In this document: piece after piece, positions 14,971 through 25,400 of the stretch
How positions within the stretch are numbered: position 1 is the first letter of the stretch
Layout of the letters: the number at the start of each line of letters is the position of its first letter
NCBI GenBank assembly: GCA_964016885.1
Contig: OZ024741.1
Coordinates: 8,122,001-8,186,000 of the forward strand
Source: Eledone cirrhosa
Taxonomy: Eukaryota
Direction: 5' to 3'
DNA length: 64,000 nt
The notes under the pieces: generated by a model
What the model was told of the DNA's origin: nothing
Database searches by the model: none
What the model saw: only the letters and a program-made list of their open reading frames with translations
Translations under genes and position numbers: made by a program

Positions 14971-15074
14971 CAATAAATTGAGTCCAGATGCATCACTGAC
15001 TTTTGGTTTTTTTATACTATACACACTCTACTCTGTTGAATATTGAGTGCTAATTTTGGCATACCGCCTATGGA

Positions 15075-15094
15075 AGCACCATAGGTACCATTAT

Positions 15095-15184
<90 letters not shown>

Positions 15185-15202
15185 CACCATAGCTACCATT
15201 AT

Positions 15203-15270
<68 letters not shown>

Positions 15271-15288
15271 ATATATATATATATATAT
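15075..15288. repeat. Two-copy tandem duplication of agcaccatag(g/c)taccattata-(CA)n-(TA)n
   Basis: The core occurs at 15075 and 15183 (period 108), each time followed by CA then TA runs. Confidence 0.9.
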
Positions 15289-15427
15289 GAAAAGTGTAAT
15301 TTTCTACACAAAACGAAGGTTATAGAGAAAATTGGGGTTGGTAATGGCACATGGAATATATAAGAGACAGAATACTTTTTTGTGAAAAAACATAATTTTA
15401 TAAGGTAAGGAAATAATAAAGGGTATA

Positions 15428-15477
15428 AAAAATGACCGGTTTCGATGGGTCTGCAAAAGCCATCTTTTCAAATGTTG
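15428..15477 (-). ncRNA. Minimal type I hammerhead-ribozyme-like motif with U3:A8 core variant, in the putative PLE pLTR
   Basis: Minus strand reads aacat-UUGAAAA-GAUGG-cuuuugcagac-CCAUC-GAAA-C-CG-GUC/auuuu. Helix II GAUGG:CCAUC is perfect, helix III is the palindrome ACCGGU, the triplet is GUC and helix I is weak. It lies in the same orientation as the PLE ORF. Confidence 0.65.
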
Positions 15478-15705
15478 ATTAATATTAAGAAAAATTAATA
15501 ATACGAAGAGTTAAAATTTGAGACTTGAAAATTCAAGTATAAAATTCATTGTGGGATTTCATAGCAGTTTTCATCTAGGTACCAACAACAGGTTGACTGC
15601 TGTGTCCCTTTCTGGTAGTGAATGAGAAGTTATTTGGGGTGTGGGTTATTTTATAAAGGTCAGATTTAGCAATAGCCAGCTGCTGGTCAGTGAGGGGGTG
15701 GAAGC

Positions 15706-16456
<751 letters not shown>

Positions 16457-16604
16457 CGTGTGTGCACGTGCAGGGTTTAACATGGATGTGTTGGTCACAC
16501 AAAGGCATGGTCTGTCAATGAATAAACCTGATTCTACAGAATTGGTCTCTGGTCTTTAATAGTAGTGATTCCGTGCGTATGTGTGTTTATATTTTATGAC
16601 AATT

Positions 16605-18737
16605 CTATTGGGGTGATAACCCGTTTAGTTTTGGTTTAAATTTGTTAAGGAATAGATTTTCTTTGTTTATTCTTTGTTGTTGTGTGAACGAATCTGAGCA
16701 CTTGTAGAAGGGGAAGATTTTAAAGTTGGGTAGTGTCATTCCTGCGCAGTTCGCAATATGGCTGCTCAAGGGGATTTTTCTTGTGTTAGCGTCCCGGATT
16801 TGTTGGCGGTGGATGGTCATTCTTTTGCGTAATGAGGTGCCCGTCTGTCCTATGTAGTTGTGTTTGCACCCACCGCAAGTTATTGCGTAAATCAAGTTCT
16901 CCGAGTTGCAGGTGAAATTGTTTTTTACTGTAAATGTTTGGCCATCTTTGAATGTAAATGTTTGTCCTTCAGTGAGGTAGAGGCACGTTCCACAGTTTGT
17001 TCTACCACATTTGGTAACTGTAGGGTTGAGGATTGGTTTGGGTATATTTGGTCCAGTGAGAATGCGTTTAAGTGATTTGGGTTGTCTTTTACTTTTAAGG
17101 ATCTTGTGTGTTTCAAGAATAGACTTCATTTTTACATCTTTAAGTAGGATGGGGAGGTTTTTGTGTAGGTGATCAAACATTTCGGTATTTCTGGGGTTGA
17201 AAGTGGATACATATGGCAGGGTGTTGAGTGTGGTTTTCTGTTTTGGATTGTTAAGTTGATGGGGATTTAGGTGTTTTGCCCTGTCTATTCCATTGTTGAT
17301 TATTTCAAGTGGAAAGGCTCTTAAGATAAGGGTGTCTTTTAGTTCCTTTAGTCTTTGCTCCCGTTTAGGTGGATCTGATACTATGGTACATATACGTTTG
17401 GCCAAATTGTAAGGAATGTTAAGTTTTGTATGTTTTGGGTGACTTGATGTGAAAAAGAGGTATTGCTTGGAATCTGTGGGTTTATAGAATATATCTGTAT
17501 CTAATTTCCCGTCTATTACAGAGATGAGAATATCCAAGAAGGCTAATTCCTTAGGATTGGATTCCATTGTGAATTGTATGTTATTATCTATGTTGTTTAT
17601 CATGTTTTTAAACGTAGTAAGTGAGTTCATGTCTTCTTGCCATAGGATAAAGCAGTCGTCTAGATATCTTTTCCAATTGGCTTTGAGGTGTGTGTGGAAA
17701 GAGTCTCCAAATAAGAGAAGGGACTGACTGTATATTTGTTGTTCATGGAATCCCATGACTAGGTTGGCATATGTGGGTGCTACTTTCGTGCCCATTGCCG
17801 TACCTGATACTTGTCTGTATGTTGAACCATTGAATGTGAAGTAGTTATTTTGTAGGATAAAGCGGAGTCCGTCAGTGATAAAATCTGTGTTGATGCGTGT
17901 CGGTATTTCTGATGGGTGTGTGTTAAGCCAGTATTGGACTGCTGTTATTCCATAGTTGTGAGGTATGTTTGTGTAGAGGTTTATTACGTCAAAGGAGACA
18001 AGAATTGTATTTGCACTTACTGTTTTAGGGAGGTGTTTCAGCATGTCAAGGTCATCTCGTATGTAGCTCTGTATATGTTGTAGAAAGGGTTTCAGTAGGA
18101 TGTCCAGAAAGTTGCTAAGTCTGTGGGTTTCACATGTAGGGCCTGCTATAATTGGCCTGAGTTTTAGGTCTTCTGGTGGTGTTAGTTCAATGTAATTGTT
18201 GGTTGAGGTGTCACATGCATCGTTTATGGGTTTACATTTGTGAAGTTTCGGTAAGCCGTAAAAAGAGCTTGTATTGCATTTGAAGTGGCTTATATAGTTA
18301 AACTCTTTTGTGGTTAAGCTGTTGCGGTATTTATTCAGTAAGGTCAAAAGGTTCCCCATTGTTTTGGTGTGTTTGTAGTTTTCTGTTTTTTCATAGTATG
18401 TGTTGTTTTCTAAAATGTTAAGTGCGAGGGTCCTATAGTAGTCCGTATTCATAATCACAACAGTACTGCCTTTATCGGCTTCTTTGATAGTTATCTCAGG
18501 GTTGTTTCTAAGTGTGAATAATTCTTCCCATTCGTGTGTAGATAGGTTTGATTTCGTGTGTTTATTTGTAATTGTTTCATAGGGAAAGTTGGTGATGTGT
18601 TTGCAGTACGTGTCCAGTGCTTTATTTCTTCCCTTTTGTGGGCAGAAATTGCTTTTATTTCTAACCAGTGATTCGTCTTCAGTGTTGGTGTCGTTGTGGG
18701 AGAATTCCGTTAGTCGCAGCTTTCGGCAGTATTCCAT
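16605..18737 (-). CDS. Penelope-like element ORF: reverse transcriptase plus GIY-YIG endonuclease (N-terminally truncated, 710 aa uninterrupted)
   Basis: RT motifs: [76 protein letters not shown]...SSHP. Linker CGRTNCGTC. Endonuclease [19 protein letters not shown]...RM..H. Confidence 0.96.
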   Translation of the reverse strand: [710 protein letters not shown]

Positions 18738-19422
18738 GATGTCATCCTATATATATATATATATCCTTGTTTGAAGAACTTTGTAACGCGAACGAACTGG
18801 TGCGAAATTTATTATAATTATTGACCAACCAATCAAATTACTTCTCGAAAAACCTGGCATTTCGAGCCACTTTTTCCATATAAAACAAGTAACATTCAGA
18901 GACCAACCAGATATGAGAAAAACCACAGACCCTCCATCTCAACTCTACTTTTGAAAAGCAGAAGAACTGCGAAACCGGTAAAGAAACCAAATAAATATAT
19001 ATATATTTTTTTAAATAAGACTCCAGTTGCATTTTCGATTTCATCTTTTTTTCTTTATACAGTAACAGTATATATATATACAAATACGGTATATATTTTA
19101 TCTAATGATTCTATGGACTTACTTTTATATATATATATGATACATATAGTTATTGTTTTGGTTGTTTGTGTGTGTATTTTAGCGACAGTATAGTAACGAC
19201 CCAGTTTTAAATAATATAAGACGTTGAAACCTTTCTTATAATAACCTACGATTAACCAACAGTATGATGTAGGTCTATAGTAAAATTACATTTATCAGTG
19301 TTTCTCGCGGGACACTTAGCCACCTGTTGGGGAACCCTAGGGTTGAGGGGAACACCGGTTGAGGACAAACGGAGGATTAAATATGACACAACATAGTGAA
19401 CAGAACAAAATTTCCAGGACGT

Positions 19423-22400
19423 TGTGGCCAGGTATGTCTGTTGATCAATCACCAGACAGTGTGGCCAGATCTGTCTGTTGACCAACCACCAGACAGTGTG
19501 ACCAGTTCTGTCTGTTGACCAACCACCAGACAGCGTGGCCAGGTCTGTCTGTTGACCAACCACCAGACAGCGTGGCCAGGTCTGTCTGTTGACCAACCAC
19601 CAGACAGTGTGGCCAGGTCTGTCTGTTGACCAACCACCAGACAGCGTGGCCAGGTCTGTCTGTTGACCAACCACCAGACAGTGTGGCCAGATCTGTCTGT
19701 TGACCAACCACCAGACAGTGTGGCCAGGTCTGTCTGTTGATCAATCACCAGACAGTGTGACCAGGTCTATCTGTTGATCAATCACCAGACAGTGTGGCCA
19801 GGTCTGTCTGTTGACCAACCACCAGACAGTGAGGCCAGGTCTGTCTGTTGATCAATCACCAGACAGTGTGGCCAGGTCTGTCTGTTGACCAACCACCAGA
19901 CAGTGAGGCCAGGTCTGTCTGTTGATCAATCACCAGACAGTGTGGCCAGGTCTGTCTGTTGACCAACCACCAGACAGTGTGGCCAGATCTGTCTGTTGAC
20001 CAACCACCAGACAGTGTGGCCAGGTCTGTCTGTTGACCAATCACCAGACAGTGTGTCCAGGTCTGTCTGTTGACCAACCACCAGACAGTGTGGCCAGGTC
20101 TGTCTGTTGATCAATCACCAGACAGTGTGACCAGGTCTGTCTGTTGACCAACCACCAGACAGTGTGGCCAGGTCTGTCTGTTGACCAACCACCAGACAGT
20201 GTAGCCAGGCCTGTCTGTTGACCAACCACCAGACAGTGTGGCCAGGCCTGTCTGTTGACCAACCACCAGACAGTGTGGCCAGGTCTGTCTGTTGACCAAC
20301 CACCAGACAGTGTGGCCAGGTCTGTCTGTTGATCAATCACCAGACAGTGTGACCAGGTCTGTCTGTTGATCAATCACCAGACAGTGTGGCCAGGTCTGTC
20401 TGTTGACCAACCACCAGACAGTGTGGCAAGGTCTGTCTGTTGACCAACCACCAGACAGTGTGGCCAGGTCTGTCTGTTGACCAACCACCAGACAGTGTGG
20501 CCAGGTCTGTCTGTTGAACAACCACCAGACAGTGTGGCCAGATCTGTCTGTTGACCAACCACCAGACAGTGTGACCAGGTCTGTCTGTTGACCAGTCACC
20601 AGACAGAGTGACCAGGTCTGTCTGTTGACCAATCACCAGACAGTGTGGCCAGGTCTGTCTGTTGACCAGTCACCAGACAGTGTGACCAGGTCTGTCTGTT
20701 GACCAATCATCAGAGAGTGTGGCAAGGTCTGTCTGTTGACCAATCACAAGACAGTGTGGCCAGGTCTGTCTGTTCACCAATCACCAGACAGTTTGGCCAG
20801 GTGTGTCTGTTGACCAACCACCAGACAGTGTGGCCAGGTCTGTCTGTTGACCAACCACCAGCCAGTGTGGCCAGGTCTGTCTGTTGACCAATCACACGAC
20901 AGTGTGGCCAGGTCTGTCTGTTGACCAGTCACCAGACAGTGTGACCAGGTCTGTCTGTTGACCAACCACCAGCCAGTGTGGCCAGGTCTGTCTGTTAACC
21001 AACCACCAGACAGTATGGCCAGGTCTGTCTGTTGACCAACCACCAGCCAGTGTGGCCAGGTCTGTCTGTTAACCAATCACCAGACAGTGTGGCCATGTCT
21101 ATCTGTTGACTAACTACCAGACAGTCTGGCCAGGTCTATCTGTTGACCAATCACCACAGAGTGTGGCCATGTCTGTCTGTTGACCAATCACCAGACAGTG
21201 TGGCCAGATCTGTCTGTTGACCAACCACAAGACAGTGTGGCCAGGTATGTCTGTTGACTAACCACCAGACAGTGCGGCCAGGTCTGTCTGTTGACCAATC
21301 ACCAGACATTGTGGCCAGGTCTGTCTGTTGACCAATCACCAGACATTGTGGCCAGGTCTGTCTGTTGACCAATCACCAGACATTGTGGCCAGGTCTGTCT
21401 GTTGACCAACCACCAGACAGTGTGGCCAGGTCTGCCTGTTGACCAACCACCAGACAGTGTGGCCAGGTCTGTCTGTTGACCAATCACCAGACATTGTGGC
21501 CAGGTCTGTCTGTTGACCAACCACCAGACAGTGTGGCCAGGTCTGTCTGTTGACCAACCACCAGACAGTGTGGCCAGGTCTGTCTGTTGACCAATCACCA
21601 GACATTGTGGCCAGGTCTGTCTGTTGACCAACCACCAGACAGTGTGGCCAGGTCTGCCTGTTGACCAACCACCAGACAGTGTGGCCAGGTCTGTCTGTTG
21701 ACCAATCACCAGACATTGTGGCCAGGTCTGTCTGTTGACCAACCACCAGACAGTGTGGCCAGGTCTGTCTGTTGACCAACCACCAGACAGTGTGGCCAGG
21801 TCTGTCTGTTGACCAACCACCAGACAGTGTGGCCAGGTCTGTCTGTTGACCAACCACCAGACAGTGTGGCCAGGTCTGTCTGTTGACCAATCACCACAGA
21901 GTGTGGCCATGTCTGTCTGTTGACCAACCACCAGACAGTCTGGCCAGGTCTGTCTGTTGACCAATCACCAGCCAGTGTGGCCAGGTCTGTCTGTTGACCA
22001 ATCACCACAGAGTGTGGCCATGTCTGTCTGTTGACCAACCACCAGACAGTGTGGCCAAGTCTGTCTGTTGACCAATCACCAGACAGTGTGGCCAGGTCTG
22101 TCTGTTGACCAATCACACGACAGTTTGGCCAGGTGTGTCTGTTGACCAACCACCAGCCAGTGTGGCCAGGTCTGTCTGTTAACCAATCACCAGACAGTGT
22201 GGTCATGTCTGTCTGTTGACCAACCGCCAGCCAGTGTGGCCAGGTCTGTCTGTTAACCAACCACCAGACAGTATGGCCAGGTCTGTCTGTTGACCAAACA
22301 CCAGACAGTGTGGCCAGGTCTGTCTGTTGACCAATCACCAGACAGTGTGTCCAGGTCTGTCTGTTGGCCAACCACCAGACAGTGTGGCCAGGTCTGTCTG

Positions 22401-25400
22401 TTGACCAATCACCAGACAGTGTGGCCAGGTCTGTCTGTTGACCAATCACACGACAGTTTGGCCAGGTGTGTCTGTTGACCAATCACCAGACAGTGTGGCC
22501 AGGTCTGTCTGTTGACCAACCACCAGGTAGTGTGGCCAGGTCTGTCTGTTGACCAACCACCAGACAGTGTGGCCAGGTCTGTCTGTCGACCAACCACCAG
22601 ACAGTGTGGCCAGGTCTGTCTGTTGACCAACCACTAGACAGTGAGGCCAGGTCAGTCTGTTGACCAACCACCAGACAGTGTGGCCAGGTCTGTCTGTTGA
22701 CCAACCACCAGACAGTGTGGCCAGGTCTGTCTGTTGACCAACCACTAGACAGTGAGGCCAGGTCAGTCTGTTGACCAACCACCAGACAGTGTGGCCAGGT
22801 CTGTCTGTTGACCAACCACTAGACAGTGAGGCCAGGTCAGTCTGTTGACCAACCACCAGACAGTGTGGCCAGGTCTGTCTGTTGACCAACCACCAGACAG
22901 TGAGGCCAGTTCAGTCTGTTGACCAACCACCAGCCAGTGTGGCCAGGTCTGTCTGTTGACCAATCACCAGACAGTGTGGCCAGGTCTGTCTGTTGACCAA
23001 TCACACGACAGTGTGGCAAGGTCTGTCTGTTGACCAATCACCAGAGAGTGTGGCCATGTCTGTCTGTTGACTAACTACCAGACAGTATGGCCAGGTCTGT
23101 CTGTTGACCAACCACCAGACAGTGTGGCCAGGTCTGTCTGTTGACCAACCACCAGCCAGTGTGGCCAGGTCTGTCTGTTAACCAATCACCAGACAGTGTG
23201 GCCATGTCTGTCTGTTGACTAACTACCAGACGGTCTGGCCTGGTCTGTCTGTTGACCAATCACCACAGAGTGTGACCAGGTCTCTCTGTTGACCAACGAC
23301 CAGCCAGTGTGGCCAGGTGTGTCTGTTGACCAATCAGCAGACGGTCTGGCCTGGTCTGTCTGTTGACCAATCATCAGAGAGTGTGGCCGGGACTGTCTGT
23401 TGACCAACCACCAGACAGTGTGGCCAGGTCTGTCTGTTAACCAATCACCAGACAGTGTGGCCATGTCTGTCTGTTGACTAACTAACAGACGGTGTGGCCT
23501 GGTCTGTCTGATGACCAATCACCACAGAGTGTGACCAGGTCTCTCTGTTGACCAACCACCAGACAGTGTGGCCAGGTCTGTCTGTTGACCAACCACCAGA
23601 CAGTGTGGCCAGGTCTGTCTGTTGACCAAAAACAAGACAGTCTGGCCAGGTCTATCTGTTGACGAGTCACCAGACAGTGTGGCCTGGTCTGTCTGTTGAC
23701 CAACAACCAGACAGTGTGGCCAGGTCTGTCTGTTGACCAATCACAAGACAGTGTGGCCATGTGTGTCTGTTGACCAATCACCAGACAATATGGCCAGGTC
23801 TGTCTGTTGACTAACCACCAGACAGTGTGGCCAGGTCTGTCTGTTGACCACTCACCCGACAGTGTGGTCAGGTCTATCTGTTGACCAGTCACCAGACAGT
23901 GTGGCCAGGTCTGTCTGTTGACCAACCACCAGACAGTGTGGCCAGGTCTGTCTGTTGACCAACCACCAGACGGTGTAGCCAGGTCTGTCTGTTGACCAAT
24001 CACCAGACAGTGAGGCCAGGTCTGTCTGTTGACCAACCACCAGACAGTGTGGCCAGGTCTGTCTGTTGACCAATCACCAGACAGTGTGGCAAGGTCTGTC
24101 TGTTGACCACTCACCAGACGGTGTAGCCAGGTCTGTCTGTTGACCAATCACCAGACAGTGAGGCCAGGTCTGTCTGTTGACCAACCACCAGACGGTGTAG
24201 CCAGGTCTGTCTGTTGACCAACCACCAGAGAGTGTGGCCAGGTCTGTCTGTTGACCAACCACCAGACAGTGTGGCCAGGTCTGTCTGCGACCAAAAACAA
24301 GACAGTCTGGCCTGGTCTGTCTGTTGACCAATCATCAGATAGTGTGGCCAGGTCTGTCTGTTGACCAACCACCAGACAGGTCTGGCCAGGTCTGTCTGTT
24401 GACCAATCACCAGAGAGTGTGGCCAGGTCTATCTGTTGACCAGTCACCAGACAGTGTGGCCAGGTCTGTCTGTTGACCAACCACCATACAGTGAGGCCAG
24501 GTCAGTCTGTTGAACAACCACCAGACAGTGTGGCCAGGTCTGTCTGTTGACCAACCACCAGACAGTGTGGCCAGGTCTGTCTGTTGACCAACCACCAGAC
24601 AGTGAGGCCAGGTCAGTCTGTTGACCAACCACCAGAGAGTGTGGCCAGGTCTGTCTGTTGACCAATCACCACAGAGTGTGGCCAGGTCTGTCTGTTGACC
24701 AACCACCAGACAGTGTGGCCAGGTCTGTCTGTTGACCAACCACCAGACAGTGTGGCCAGGTCTGTCTGTTGACCAACCACCAGACAGTGTGGCCAGGTCT
24801 GACTGTTGACCAACCACCAGACAGTGTGGCCAGGTCTGTCTGTTGACCAATCACCACAGAGTGTGGCCATGTCTGTCTGTTGACCAACCACCAGACAGTG
24901 TGGCCAAGTCTGTCTGTTGACCAATCACCAGACAGTGTGGCCAGGTCTGTCTGTTGACCAATCACACGACAGTTTGGCCAGGTGTGTCTGTTGACCAACC
25001 ACCAGCCAGTGTGGCCAGGTCTGTCTGTTAACCAATCACCAGACAGTGTGGCCATGTCTGTCTGTTGACCAACCACCAGCCAGTGTGGCCGGGTCTGTCT
25101 GTTAACCAACCACCAGACAGTATGGCCAGGTCTGTATGTTGACCAAACACCAGACAGTGTGGCCAGGTCTGTCTGTTGACCAATCACCAGACAGTGTGTC
25201 CAGGTCTGTCTGTTGGCCAACCACCAGACAGTGTGGCCAGGTCTGTCTGTTGACCAATCACCAGACAGTGTGGCCAGGTCTGTCTGTTGGCCAATCACAA
25301 GACAGTGTGGCCAGGTCTGTCTGTTGACCAATAACCAGACAGTGTGTCCAGGTCTGTCTGTTGACCAACCACCAGACAGTGTGGCCAGGTCTGTCTGTTG

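Larger units (their letters stand above)
14695..15021. mobile_element. 327-bp palindrome, probably a head-to-head inverted pair of Penelope pseudo-LTR/3' ends (non-autonomous element)
   Basis: Arms of about 158 bp are mirrored about 14858 with about 6 mismatches and an 11-nt loop. Read outward, each arm gives a hammerhead-like motif, AATAAA and a T-rich end. It starts next to a (TA)n run. The palindrome itself is certain; the PLE origin is inferred. Confidence 0.75.

Noticed and set aside
14676-15046. Two nearly identical ~107-aa ORFs on opposite strands
   Set aside because: They are a consequence of the palindrome and encode no recognisable protein.
16503-16545. SECIS element or HDV-like ribozyme (ATGA...TGAT; GGCATGGTC)
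   Set aside because: It is antisense to the ORF, the spacing is too short for SECIS helix II, the ORF has no in-frame TGA, and no HDV nested pseudoknot could be built.
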